From Octopus sinensis (taxonomy: Eukaryota): DNA of 64,000 bases. Positions 13,421-27,289 of the stretch are shown in pieces (the first letter of the stretch is position 1; every line of letters starts with the position of its first letter). The stretch is from NCBI RefSeq assembly GCF_006345805.1, contig NC_043002.1, positions 64,728,001 to 64,792,000 of the forward strand, read 5' to 3'. The position numbers were made by a program, and so were the translations under genes. Below the pieces are notes generated by a model. That model ran no database searches, was not told the DNA's origin, and saw only the letters and a list, made by a program, of their open reading frames with translations.

Positions 13421-14642
13421 ATGGCTTAGAGAATAATTAAAAAGTATAATGAAGGTTTATAATAAAAGGCATAAATATGGATTATAACTTTTGTTCTCTT
13501 AATTAGAAAGTTAATTTATGCTCCATAGAAGGGAAAATATTTCAATTTATTTTATGTCTTTCTTTGAGAAAAAGTGATAAAATGTAAAAAAGAAAATACA
13601 AAGAAGAATAAAAATTGCAAAAATAAACATAAAGCAAGTGTTTGATTATAATAAGGAACGAATTGCCGTGCTTAACTTTACATGGTGAATTGCAGAGTTG
13701 TGCCTTTTGTTGATAACCACCCGGCGATAAAGGGGTCACAGACACTAGTAACCCCCAACAATATTGGTCAACGCAATCAAAATGTAGTGGCGTGTTCTGC
13801 ATAACAACAAACGATGATAGCTTCTGGCGAATTGATACCAAGATTCTTTTACGTTCAATCTTAGTTGCCGCACGTTTATTTAATTTAAGTTGCTAATGAC
13901 ATTGAGAAAGACGAGACTTATAATATATCAATTTATTTGCTTTCAAAGATTTTACAGTGTTACTTCTTTTGTCTCGTTTAGTTTTTAGTGTTTTATTGAA
14001 GTTTATTTTTATACTTTCAAAAAAAAAACACAGAGATTATATCTCACCCGCTGCTCTTCCCAAGCACATCTCTTCTCTGTTGACCTTCTTGTTAGTCATA
14101 AGTCCTTTTATTCTAATAGCTACTTTTTTCGAACTACAGCTGTCTGGAACTCACTACTACCATCTAGATTTCCCCTAGCCTATGCTATTTAGTCTTCTCA
14201 GCTTTCTGACCACGGCATCTTTTGAATTTCTAGGCTTTTTCTTTGACTTCTTTGCAGCCCCTTACGGTACATTGGTCTAAAGCCGTTTTTTTTTCTTATA
14301 CAAAATCGCATAGAAAATTAGCAATCGAAACTGATAATATTTTGCATGGTTTTCTCAATTAGGACAATGTTACGTCATTTGCGCTATTAACAATAGCATT
14401 TAACCCTCAGAGATTTGAATTTGTTCTGTGTTTAAAACTGATCGGTGTTATTTTTAACTTCGCGTAACTGCCTCTGATATTTATTCTTTCTAAGATATCT
14501 AACAAGCCATAGTAGTAGCAAATTCTTAATTGAGCTACACGTAATCTAACGCACCTCTTCCTAAATGTAGGAATAATTTACACAATATGTAAATTACTAT
14601 TTTTAAATCTCACAACGTGATATATTCAGCAACAGTACTATA

Positions 14643-15080
14643 TAGTAAAGGTTGTTTGCCAACATAACATGGCAGTCCTGGTTTAGGACTAATGTTGCTT
14701 TAATTTAGCCCCAGAAAACATCGTCTCCAGCTGGCTATACGACACGATTTGTGACCTTATATTTTCGAACATAGTAATTTTGTATTTTATAAATCAGTGA
14801 CTAGTTGTCACTTTGAAAACTATATATTTCGAATGGGAATTTGGCAGCGCCACCTCTAGTTAAGCAATTATTCTGTGCTGATGAAGAGAAATAACCCAGA
14901 AATCGAGATACACATATATTGTTTTGAGCTGAGTGGTGGTGCTAGATTACTTTGCTCGAAAATATAAGGAGAAAGATTGTGTCGTATAGCCAGCTGGAGA
15001 CGATGTCACTGGGACTAAATTACAGCAACATTAGTCCTAAACCAGGACTGCCATGTTATGTTGGCAAACAACCTTTACTA
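14643..15080. mobile_element. Foldback/MITE-like element with about 135-bp inverted arms
   Basis: The arm tagtaaaggttgtttgccaacataacatggcagtcctggtttaggactaatgttgct... (14643 to ~14779) is the reverse complement of ~14945-15080 with few mismatches. TA is present at both ends. Confidence 0.9.
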
Positions 15081-15779
15081 CACACAAAATGTAGTTAAAA
15101 TATATACACCTCATATATCGTCAACCTACGAAAAGGGTAACAGTAGCCAAATTCGCAAATCTGCAGTTTGGTTCTAACAAGTCTAAATGTTATTTGTGCG
15201 GGCAAAGTTATACGCAATGTTTTATTTAATTTTCCTCAAGAAACTAGGACTCTTAATGGTGCATAGATAATCGAGATCATAAGATTCACCTGGACGGATC
15301 ATTAACCTGCCGCAAATTTCAAGACCAGCAATTTTGAGAGGTGAGTACGAGTACATTACATCGAGCCTTGTACTTGATTGGTACTTTATATTTTCGACTC
15401 CAAAGGGATGAAAGCCGTAGTTGATTTCTACAGGATTTGAGCTCAGAAAGCAAAGAAGAAATGTCGCTTGGAGTTTTATCCGAGCGCTAACGATTCTGCA
15501 AACTCGCCGTTTGTACCTATTTACCCATGATACCATTCTGTTCAAGGTTTTTTAAAATCTGACAGGCCACATTTGTAGCAAATGCTCAGTGAAATTTCTA
15601 GAACCTAACGCAAATCATGCATTCAAAGGAGCGCAAAATATAAAGTTGACATATCTACAGATCATATATCGTCGGTTTCCATAGGAAGAATTAACGGTTA
15701 AATTCATAAATTTGCAGCATTTTCTAAAAATATTACAAATTACTTCTGCAGAAAAAAGTTATATCAATCAGGTCGTCAG

Positions 15780-16020
15780 ATGCGGTTATACAACGCTTGT
15801 GGCAACGTGCATCCAGTTTTACCTTCATAGTGCCATTCTTATCCGTCTTGACCCGAATTGCTTAACAAAACCATCTTCCCATAGTTTTAAAGATCTTCCT
15901 AGAAGATTTCTGTGATTTCTTGGATTCCCCTCAACAACTGTACAGATCCACCTATTTTCTGTGAGATATCCAACCGAACGGAATTTTTGCTTTCGATACA
16001 CTAAGATCACATTGTTCGTT
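15780..16020 (-). mobile_element. Decayed RTE LINE 3' fragment
   Basis: ORF 15825-16010 (YLTENRWICTVVEGNPRNHRNLLGRSLKLWEDGFVKQFG) parallels the RTE C-terminal RWxxxVxEWxPR..R..GRP..RW.D motif. Confidence 0.55.
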
Positions 16021-16124
16021 CCGCTCCATTCTCAAATTGTCTTATTTCGAATATGCTCCTGTAATTATATTTTCCTTGTATACTTCATATTACGAGAACA
16101 TACGCAATATACAGGAAACATCTT

Positions 16125-16510
16125 CTTTTCTACTCTGGTCACATATCTGGGGAGGGGGCCATTCGATTAGATCGACCCAGTACGCAACTGGTAGATAATT
16201 TATCGACTCCCGAAAGGATGAAAGCCAAAGTCGACCTCGGCGGAATTTGAACTCTGAACATATATTCAGACGAAATGCCTATTTCTTTATTACCCACAAG
16301 GGGCTAAACATAGAGGGGACAAACAAGGACAGACATAGGTATTAAGTCAATTACATCGACCCCAGTGCGTAACTGGTACTTAATTTATCGACCCCGAAAG
16401 GATGAAAGGCAAAGTCGACCTCGACGGAATTTGAACTCACAACGTAACGACAGACGAAATACTACTAAGCATTTCGCCCGGCGCGCTAACGTTTCTGCCA
16501 GCTCGCCGCA
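16125..16510 (-). mobile_element. Family A SINE dimer (headed unit plus head-less unit)
   Basis: Two body copies are joined at gaaatgcctatttc (16272-16285), the same junction as in the 6.8-7.7 kb array. Confidence 0.85.
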
Positions 16511-17441
16511 TTATTCAGACGAAATACCGAAGTATTTCGCCCAATGATACAGGAAGCATATTAAGACTGGTTTTTGTGCTTCTTAAGATGTGCAACAATT
16601 CATTTACGTAGCTTAACATCCAGCTCCAATGAAAGAGACGAGGGAGGCTATAACTGATCATTTATCAGAACTTAAAGTTAAGAGTTAATAAATATACACA
16701 ATGTTTAGGGCATACATTGATAGACTTGGCCAGTATAATGAAACCACTTGATCGACAGCTAAGGTCAAATATAATAAGATCTTTCGAGAATAGGATCAAG
16801 ATATTTGGAAATATAATAATTCATAGAACTAGTAAAAAGTCTACGTATCTCTAAAAGATGAACATATAAAAGAGAAAGTTGACATAAGAATATATAAATG
16901 GCTAAGAATATTGGTTTCACATTAGGTCACAAAAGCAGTCATTTCGGGGAAGCGTGTAAGACGATTACATCGACCCCAGTACTCAACTGCTACTTATATT
17001 TTCCTTTCACAAAGGACGTTATCTGCGGAATTTTGATTCAATTTACTAATAATGCTGGTTTTAAATGTTGAGACAAGGCCAGCAGCTTTGGGAAAAGGCC
17101 CACGTCGAAAGGGCCAGGCATTTTATCGATTCCGAGTTGATGAAATGCAAGGGGGGGTGTATGTGTGCGCGCGCGTCTGTGTCTATGTGTTTATATTTAT
17201 TATATTTTTACAAGGGTGTGACATCGGTTTTCTATTTGCTACCTAGTATTCATCGACTTCAAAGTCACTATCACTCGTCTTTTTGTAAAAGATTAATAAA
17301 CGTACACTCTGCAAAAACGTATTGAGTAATTCTTCATTTTAATGTTAAATTGCTTTTACTATAACCCGACATAAAAAAACAAACGTTCGTATATATTGTG
17401 CATACATCTCTTTTTATATAAACTTTTATATAAATATATCA

Positions 17442-17509
<68 letters not shown>

Positions 17510-18794
17510 ATATGTATATATATATATGTATATATATATATGTATATATATTATGCCGCCAAATATTTGTACATCTTTCTTTTAAGATAATATACCTCAA
17601 AGTTAAAAGTACAAAAACTGCTAGTTCTATATAAATATGTAAACAAACATACATTACATTACATGCCAATTTCACTTCAAAGAAAAGACTTCTTCACTCA
17701 AATAATATTCACTTATAAATATGCGTGGCTTTCTAATAACGTAACAGACCACTAAGGAAGTTCAGTATTATAATACTCAGATGTCCGCTTTCAAGGTACT
17801 CTACTGCCAAGTCTGTGGCATATTTGATTCTGATTTGGGGAGTAATTATCAATGAGTGGTAGTTTTTGGGATAAGTCCGCTTGACTACAGCTGACTTCGA
17901 GCGACACACCAACTATTAAAGACCAGGAAAGGAAACACTGTGGTAGTGTAAGATTTATGGGTGTTAAAACATACCCCTGTAATATTGGTCTTTTTAGATT
18001 TCACTATCTGACATGGCTGGGACGTTGGAAGGACTGACTAGTTACTTCATAGCTGCCTTCAATGTATATGTGCGTATATTTGAGTGCCAGTGCTTGTGCG
18101 TGTGCATATATATGTGCGTGTGCGTATATGTTTGAGAGAATGTATGTATGTTTGTAAGTATGCACCGCGATGAAAACAAAACCTCCCAAATCAAAGTTGA
18201 CATATAAAGGCTACGTCCCGGAAGAAATCCCGCCAAACTATTTCATATTCGTGATTGTTGACGCATAACAACGGAGAAAGGCATGTGCCCCACGATTCAA
18301 AGCTGTCATTTACAGTCCAGTATGTTTTGAATCTAGTTGTCCAAGACGAGAAGATACTCCTCACACTACTTCCACAGCGACACGTCTTCCCGGATTCGAA
18401 TGCACATGACCCTGTTAAATATTATTACTCGCGCATCTATATCATGACACGCTGTTTCGTGCAAATCTACATTAGTAGTAACACCGTAGCTTATGTTTAG
18501 CCATGCCAGGTAGTTTACTGTCGTTCTCCTAGGCTTGTTATTATTTAATTCGGTATATATGGCTGTTGACGCATAACAACGCAGAAATGTATGCGTCTCA
18601 CGATCCGTTGATGTCATTCGTTGTTGAATGCATTACCTCATATGTTGTCTGAAAGAGTACTATCTCTACGAGATAATTTCTGAAGACAATTGCCGTAGCT
18701 TACGGTTTTTAAAACAACGCATCTGAGTTAAGTTGAATGTGCAAGTCAATCAATGTTTCCATGTAGCTAGCAGCCTATCTCTCTATCTCCCTAC

Positions 18795-18878
<84 letters not shown>

Positions 18879-19169
18879 AAGTGCATGCATGCATATATAC
18901 GTAGATATATACATACTAACATGCACTGACATACACACACGTAATTACACACTCGCACACTCACCAGATGCATACACATACATACATACATACGTACATA
19001 TACATGCGTACGTATATATGCATGTAATTGAAAGTGCATGCCTAAGGAGCCGTTAGTCCACATTCAGGAAGACCATCTATTGCTGGTCCCATTTGTCCTC
19101 CTGAAAAATATAAATTCTCCCCAACTCTCTGGACAAATTCTGCTTAGGGTGAGGATATAGGCTCTATAT

Positions 19170-19560
19170 CATTAATCGCGCAAGAAAGCAGTACTTGATG
19201 GGAGTGGGAAATCCGAGGAGATTGTATGGAGCACCGACAAATCAAGAGAATTTGATATGAATTCGCCGGTGCATGTTGGCATAGGGCCCAAATGAACGTG
19301 TAATGATTGTAGTCATGTCTCTCTCAGTAAGACGGGTTTTCAAACCTACAAACGTACCAAAAGCAGAGAAAATGTAAACATGCATTATATGCCAAATAGT
19401 GTGGAAAAAATATACGTGAGAAAGGAGACAGAAACCTCATATAAAAGTTAATGGACACGATATTGTAATATCTATTAAAAGAGGCGGCCATCGTTGCCAC
19501 ATCTATGCAAAGTGTGTAAATCCTTGGCAATAATGAAAATCAATGCGCATGCTCCTCAGG
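19170..19560 (+). mobile_element. Highly decayed RTE-like 3' end with zinc-finger remnants
   Basis: Broken translation gives TCNDCSHVSLSKTGFQTYKR and LCKVCKSLAIMK, resembling the fingers at 27953 and 46936. Many stops are present. Confidence 0.35.
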
Positions 19561-19623
19561 TTGAAAATAACAATCACGCTCTGGCTTTATCGAAATCGAT
19601 TTGCAACGATGAAGTATGTACGT

Positions 19624-21198
19624 TACGGTGGAACGAAAAATGCAACTTTCGAAATTGGTAACCAAGAATCGATTTCTTGTTGCGAATATAACATTTTTTT
19701 GAAGCTCCGCATAACAACTGGAAATTTTAAAAATCGCTATTTTTGGTCGAATTTTGGATTTCATGGATTATAAGTCGTAACGAATACATTTGACTAATAT
19801 CTTGAGGTTCCGTATTGACGATAAAGAGAACGGGACAGTGAACTTCTCTCCAGTGTCGCTGCAACCATCGTTGAGTGTGGACGTACATCTTACGTGTATG
19901 AAGTTTTCTGCATTGTGCCTTGATTTTAGGCCATTGCATTAAAATTAATGATCGTGTTATATTTAGCGTTGTTTATATTTAGTAATTATTCATAAGCCAA
20001 TAACGCATCATGATAGTGAATGCCCAATATTTGGTACGCCATGTGATGTCAGCGAGCGAGTTTTGCCACCTTACAAGGACGTTCTAAGATGTGTTTGATT
20101 TGAACTAGAAACAGAAAAGTGTGTAGTTAAGAAAGATCCTTGAATTAAACAAATTGTTAACATTATAGAAGAAAAGAATTTTTTGGCGAAAGGCATCCAT
20201 TCCTTGAGTTACGATTGCATCAGTGAAACCGAAAATCTTAAACTTTTATCTAAAGCACCAAGCATTATCAAAATCTGTGAAAAATAGAAAAAAATGTGCC
20301 ATCGTTTCAACTAAAGTGTAATGTGTTTAAAAGCAATGCAAGAAAAGATTTATTGGATAATTCGTTTTGAAAGTGCAACTCCTTTAAAAACTGCAGTTGT
20401 AGTAGAGACAAAAAAATACCACAGAGAGAACACGATTTTTACAAGATCAACGGACAAATCGTAAAATAATCATTGGCAGAACAGATCAAGCACTATCTAA
20501 ACAGAACGTTCAGAGGCTGATTGGAGAGAATCGGTCAGATCACAGTCGCCCTTCTATGTCAGCAAAGGATTCTGAATTTAGTGTTTTCATCAAGCAGTGC
20601 ATCTGGAAATGGATCAGCGGGCAAAGATGAAGATTTTCCCAATTCCGTTTTTCATGAGACGAAAAGATATCAGCAAAAATGCAAGTTGAAAATCATCAAT
20701 AAAACGAATGAAATTTCCAGAAAGAGCTTCTACCTGTGACTGCACCGGTGTGTCAGATTATGCTGCTGCTCTTCTTACAAGTTCAGTCATCAGCGACTTG
20801 ACGGCAAGTGCATCTAGTGAATGTTATTTCGTTATCGACAAATCGAAGGTAATGGGGGAAGTCTATTCATTTCACATAATTTCGAAATTTCAAATGCTTT
20901 GCGGCGCTTGAAGATATGAATTTGAGAGCTTGTGATTTTAACCCTACTACTTCGAAAACATTTTGCAAAAGAAAATTGATGATTCTAGAAAGTAAAATGG
21001 CGAACAGTAAACGTGTTATTAATTAATTTTTCACTCATTGTTCAAAGTTTCATGAAAGCTGCGGAGCCTGAAGGTGTAAATTTAAGAACTTCGTTTTTTC
21101 TAAGGCAGTTGTTTCTAAAGGATTTCACAATAACGAATATATTCTTAAAAACATATTTCGAAAACCTGTGTAAAAAGTACCTTTTTCGTTCCACCCTG
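19624..21198 (+). mobile_element. Internally deleted hAT-type DNA transposon (hATm / 'Cc8K15.2-like' transposase N-terminus, pseudogenised)
   Basis: TIRs tacggtggaacgaaaaa (19624) and tttttcgttccaccctg (ending 21198) match 15/17. TSD atgtacgt/atgtacgg matches 7/8. Broken ORF from ~19994-20880 reads ECPIFGTP..VLPPYKDVL..WRKASIP..KCNSFKNCSCSRDKKIP..FLQDQRTNRKIIIGRTD..CDCTGVSDYAAALL..VIDKSK. The subfamily name is from memory. Confidence 0.85.
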
Positions 21199-22327
21199 AT
21201 GTACGGATTGTATGCATGTATGAACGTTCTTTTTGTAGATGTGTGTAGTCAAAATAGATAAATATTTTATACGAAACACAAGGCATATAATATTGTAATA
21301 TAGTTCAGTGTGGTTAAGCCAATATTTGAAAGTCGGTTAGAAAAGTTTAAAAAGTAAGTATAATTCATGTTAATATGTTAGCGTAGTGTAATTACGTGTG
21401 TGTATGTCAGTGCATGTTAGTATGTATATATCTACGTAATATGTGCATGTATAAATATGTATATATGTGATTGTGTGTTTAATGACAAGAACTTTAAAGT
21501 ATAGAGAAATGATGCAAATATAGATTCTAAAATGAAAGTATATAATAAAGTAAAGCAGATTGGTTACTATAAACAAGAGAACAACACAGAGAATATCATC
21601 AGTTAATTTCCGAATCATGAAAATAATACCAGTAATTCAGTGGGGCATTCTTATCCACATCTAAGAAATCTCGACCTTGCAACAAAGAATTATATAAATT
21701 TTATATTTTATAGAATATGACAAACTGTAGCTTGGCTTTAAAACATTTTATTAGAAGTAAACTGAAAAATGAAGTCTTTTATCATTACTTGCAAGTACGT
21801 ATATATTTTTTCTTGATAAAATGTTCTCACTTCAAAGAAAATAACTGAACCTCATGAAATCTGGCATTTCATTAGAAAGCAGTGTGTACATATATATAAA
21901 ATGCGCAGAGACGTACACAGATAGACAATTATATCAGTATATGCGTATTTGTAATGCAATACTTCCCTTAGAAGTTTTATGTTTGATTTTAAAATTAAAG
22001 TACGTCTATCTATATATTCATATAAAAGCATATGTATGTATGTATGTATGTATGTATGACGAAGTATACAGAAAATAATAATAATTTGAATGAAGAGAAA
22101 TATCCATTTAAATTCCATGTTATATTTCTGTATTTATACAAAGACTTCAAAGATGAAATGTTCCGGTGGATAAGATATTATATTAAAGGGAGATAAAACG
22201 TAGAATATATTTTTTAACCTATATAAAATATGAATTCTTTATCAAATAATATTATGAAAATGAAAGCAGTCGTCTCTCTCTGTACTGCGCTGTTTTATCG
22301 CAAGTACTGTGTTTTTAAGCTAATGTA

Positions 22328-22358
<31 letters not shown>

Positions 22359-22478
22359 TGTACATATATATGCGTGTGTGTGTGTGTGAGAGAGAGAGAG
22401 AGCATATATCTCTCTCTATATATATTGCATATATACATATATATACATATATATATACATATATATATATACATATAT

Positions 22479-22552
<74 letters not shown>

Positions 22553-22564
22553 ATATATATATAT

Positions 22565-22606
<42 letters not shown>

Positions 22607-22900
22607 GCGGTGAATAATCTGTCGTCTGAATTGTGCGTAAATGAAAATAAAACTAACATCTCATTTAATAGATATGCTTACCAAAATTACATTAAAATAT
22701 CTTGAAATACGAAAGGGTAACTTAATTCAATAAAATTGCTATTGGCGTCAACCTCCAAACGACTTCGGAATTCAACTGACCTTACGATGCCCAACGTATC
22801 ATACTATTCTGTGTGGTCGGGAAATTCAAAAACAAAAAAATGTGCATACGCAATATCGAAAATGTTAAATAGAGACAAGTTACCCATCGCATCCTGTGTG

Positions 22901-22941
<41 letters not shown>

Positions 22942-23382
22942 ATATACAATTTAGAGGGAAACCACAATGTGGACACCCTTATGCTAGAAATAGATCTGCT
23001 ATGGTCTTACCACTAAGAAATGTTCTCAAGAAAAGTTTAGCAAAACAACCAAAACGTAATTGAGCAAGACAAAAGAAAAAGCAATAAAAATATGGATTAT
23101 TCACATACATGTCTCTCTATTAACATATTACGTGATTTTACTTACGCAAATGAGTGTAGATCATCGGAGTGACCGTCCAGATGAATATAATTTGCAGGAC
23201 TGCATACTAGGACGCCCGCACAAAGTCAGACTTGAAAACAGTTCTACCCATTACATTCGTGGATACTATTTCAAATGTCATCGTTTTGGCGCGCTAAATT
23301 ATATATATATATATATAATTTATACATATATATATACATATATATATATATATACATATATACACACACACACACACACGCG

Positions 23383-23453
<71 letters not shown>

Positions 23454-23504
23454 ATATGCATATATTTATATGTACATACAGAATTTTGCCCGGTGCTAGC
23501 TGTC

Positions 23505-23552
<48 letters not shown>

Positions 23553-24399
23553 GCACGTACCCGATGTGATGCAAGTGCCTGCTGTGTGGTTATCATGGCG
23601 TAGTCATGTGCATATTGGGCTTCGTATTTTCCCCCGTGTCACTTTGATTGCATGCACTGCTCTCTCACTCAATAATAATAATGATGATGATGGTGATGAT
23701 GGTAGTGGTGGTGGTGGTGGTGGTGGAGGTGATGGTGGTGGTGATGGTGATGATGATGATGATGATAATGATGATGATGATGAGTAGTTGTAGCAGCAGC
23801 AGGACGAGGAGGGGGTGGCAGAGGCTGGGAAGGGGGGCGGTCAGTGAGCTGGTAGATTGTTATTGCGTCGGACAAAATAATTTATTGCCAGTTCTTTTAA
23901 CTAGTTACTTTGTGCCTTCAAATGCAACTCAGATTAATTTTGCCATCCATACTTCCAGGGTCGATATGTTTTAGTACCAGTTTTATACTGGGATTAGTTT
24001 AATTGATTAACCAACCCGCTTCCTTCTAAATCAACTGACCTAATACCGCAACTTGAAAAACCATTGTTCTTGTTGTTTCTTGTAGTTGTTATTGTATCTA
24101 ATATGTAGTGACAAAGGGACGCAAAAACCTAATTATTTTGCAAAGAATGATTGCAGAACACCACATAATAGGTTTTCGTTTTGTTTTTAAAACACCGCTA
24201 GCATGTGTCTATTTCAATTTTCTCATTCACTTAGCGTTTTATGGCAAAAGACTTATAACGATGAAGACCACTTTCTCTCATATTATACAGATATTTCAAT
24301 TTTCTGTGGTGAAGAGTAAAGTCTTCCAATACTTTTCTCGTATTTTGCATCACTGTACTTGTTGTTGTAATATACCGCAAAAGTAATATCATTTCTGTC

Positions 24400-24866
24400 A
24401 TGAATTCACTTGGTCTCCATTATCTCATCTGTTGGCACTGAGAATCCCTCAGGATTATTCTGTAGCAATTTTGAATAACAACTTCTGACTGGTATTGTTT
24501 CCATTTTTCTTTTATTTTGAATCAACATTTTCCACTAAGCCCTAGTGTATCTTTCCTTCTTATAGTGTCATATATTTTTCGATATATTAACAAGTTTGTT
24601 GCTCCATGTTGTTACATTCCCACACTATTTATTTGCTATACATCCGACCAATTGCTATGTTGCTGTCAATTATTTTTGTTTCAATGAGATTTCTTGTTTT
24701 TGCGTGTCCTTACACAGATATAACAAGGATTTCTATTAACCTCATTACGCTATCTTTCAACGAATTTCATTGTCACCTGCTATGTTTTCCCCTTGCCTCA
24801 AAAAATAATGCCTGAAACACATTTTGCTACTGTTTTTGCAAAGTTTAACTTCATTTTATATTCGAT

Positions 24867-24908
<42 letters not shown>

Positions 24909-25190
24909 CAGATAATTTTCTTTCATTGAAACATCACGACAACCGTGTAATTACCCATTGATAGCATACATTCTAACATCACGTAGTTGTTTTATACCCA
25001 TTCTGTAATATTTTCAGATTTCAGATAGAACTTTTAATTTTAGTTTCTTTAAGATGACACATACCATGTCAGATGTGCCACGTTCAAGTTTAGTTCCTTC
25101 AGTTATATATCTCCAAGTAATTTTTCTGGGAAATATACCACACTTTCTTCAATTGTTATTTTGATATTTATTATTTGGTCGACGCAGAAA
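24400..25190 (-). mobile_element. Possible very old RTE-like reverse transcriptase remnant
   Basis: Weak frameshifted motifs (VDQIINIKITIEES; terminal RW..Q), split by a (TA)n run. Confidence 0.3.
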
Positions 25191-25457
25191 ACCTCTAACT
25201 TAAATACATGTAGTGAAAATAGTGATTGAATAAGTAGGATGTCACATATTATTGACCTGATACTGCGTACATTTTAAGTAAAAAATTGACCTCTGGTCAA
25301 ATGCTAAAAATATTGCATTGGACATTATGCTACATGTTCAGTGTTAGCGTGGGAGTCAAAGTAATACAGCAGGAAATATTTTTAAAAAACATATCACTTC
25401 TTGTACAATATGTTGGTTATAACATACACTATATATACACCATATATCTCATCTCTG

Positions 25458-25869
25458 TAAGGCGGTGATCTGGCAAAAAAACGTTAGCACGCCGGGCAAA
25501 AAGCTTAGCGGTATTTCGTCTGCCGCTACATTCTGAATTCAAATTCCGCCGAGGTCGACTTTGCCTTTCATCCTTTCGGGGTCGATTAAATAAGTACCAG
25601 TTACGCACTGGGGTCGATATATTCGACTTAATCTGTTTGTCTGTCCTTGTTTGTCTCCTCTGTGTGTAGCCTCTTGTGGGTAGTAAAGAAATAGGTATTT
25701 CGTCTGTCTTTACGTTCTGTGTTCAAATTCCGCCGAGGTCGAATTTGCCTTTCATCATTTTGGGGTCGATTAAATGAGTACTAGTTATGCACTGGTGTCG
25801 ACTTAATCCGTTTGTCTGTTCTTGTTTGTCCTCTCTGTCTTTAGCCCCTTGTGGGCAATAAAGAAATAA
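25458..25869 (+). mobile_element. Family A SINE dimer
   Basis: Head aaggcggtgatctggc, then body and tail, then a head-less second unit joined at gaaataggtatttc (25688-25701). Confidence 0.88.
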
Positions 25870-27289
25870 GATAGACAGATAAATAAATGTATGAAAAAAG
25901 TCAAAATTTAAAATTGGAGGATGGGGTGTAATTTGAGCCCTTATTAAACTTTATAGAATTAATTATTAAATATTAATGCTTGTTTCTTATAAGATGGTGC
26001 ATATGTAATTTACATTAAATTATTATTTACGATTAAGGCAAATACAAATAATTTCGAGTTGCATGTTCGTCAATTCGCTACGACCTCTTTAAAGTAAACA
26101 AAATCAAAAATTTAGATGGGTGGGGGTGAAATTAATTGTGTTTTAATGTTTGTTTTTGCATATTCGTAATCGCCGACATCTAAAACCTAATAATGCGAAA
26201 AAAAAAACTTTTCATGATAATGCATTTTTCAAGGAAAGGTGCAAAATTGCATTAACCCCACTTATTGTTCATTAATTTCCTATATCTACAAACAGGTGTT
26301 TGCCATATCGTTTTTCATTTTCTCATGATGATAGATAACTAATTCATTATATTAGACTTAGGCAATTGTTTTCAGTAAAATCGGGTTGTCTTCATTCTCA
26401 GAAATGATTAATTGTAAACCACATTTTATAACGGACATAGAGAATTTAACATAAGTATTAGATCACAGAGCGCTTGTTATTTGCACAGTGCTACTTGTAG
26501 CACGTTCGAATCACACACTATGATCGAGACATAAACATGTGGATGTTTCGTTATGTGTATCGTCATACAGATCTGTTACAGTGGTTTCAACTATTGTGTG
26601 TGTAGAACGACGCGGAAAATATCCGGAAAGTATTTGAGTCACTGACAAGCTATTGTGAGATTTTAGAATATAAAAAAAAGAACCAGTTGTATTAAGTTAG
26701 CTCTCTTAAATATTATTTTCATTACAAATTAAGCATTTTTGTCTGACTCGTTCTCTCTTTCTCTTTTTCTTTTTTCTTGTTCAGTGACCACGTTTGCGGA
26801 GACCTACAACTTTTATGTCATTCTACTACGTTCTCTCGTGTTTAGTAAAAGCAACGTTTTCGTATCATCAATCCATCACAATCGCAAACTCCACCCGCCG
26901 TTCATCTACTGGTATTTTCCTATCAACTCGCACCATTTTACAATGGCTTCAGGGAGTACTTTTCCCTCAAACCTTGTCAAGTGTAATATTCCCATACTCT
27001 GATTCTTCCCCCAACTCACTTCCCTCATTTTCACCGCATCTATCTACATATATAATTTCCACCTCTTCCTCATATAGTCTGGTCACGCGCCGTTTCATTG
27101 TTCGCTAAGCTTCATTAGCCATACGTTATGCACCTACAGTGTAGACAACTCGCGCCAAATCAACATTAACTCCATAATAGGAAACTTTAACAGAATCCTT
27201 TACTAAGGGATGTCACACACCATGTATAGAAAAATACATAACGGTAGACACTCTTTTGATTAGAGCGGCACCCAACAAGAGCATAAAGA

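Larger units (their letters stand above)
18898..21438. repeat. Perfect 53-bp inverted repeat, arms 18898-18950 and 21386-21438
   Basis: tacgtagatatatacatactaacatgcactgacatacacacacgtaattacac is the exact reverse complement of 21386-21438 (checked base by base). Confidence 0.95.

Noticed and set aside
13670-13850. GC-richer unique island with ORF 13542-13841
   Set aside because: There is no recognisable protein in any frame. It might be regulatory, but this cannot be supported from sequence alone.
26786-27002. Strong acceptor followed by an open frame (TTFAETYNFYV...)
   Set aside because: The acceptor derives from a CT-rich simple repeat and the peptide has no recognisable homology.
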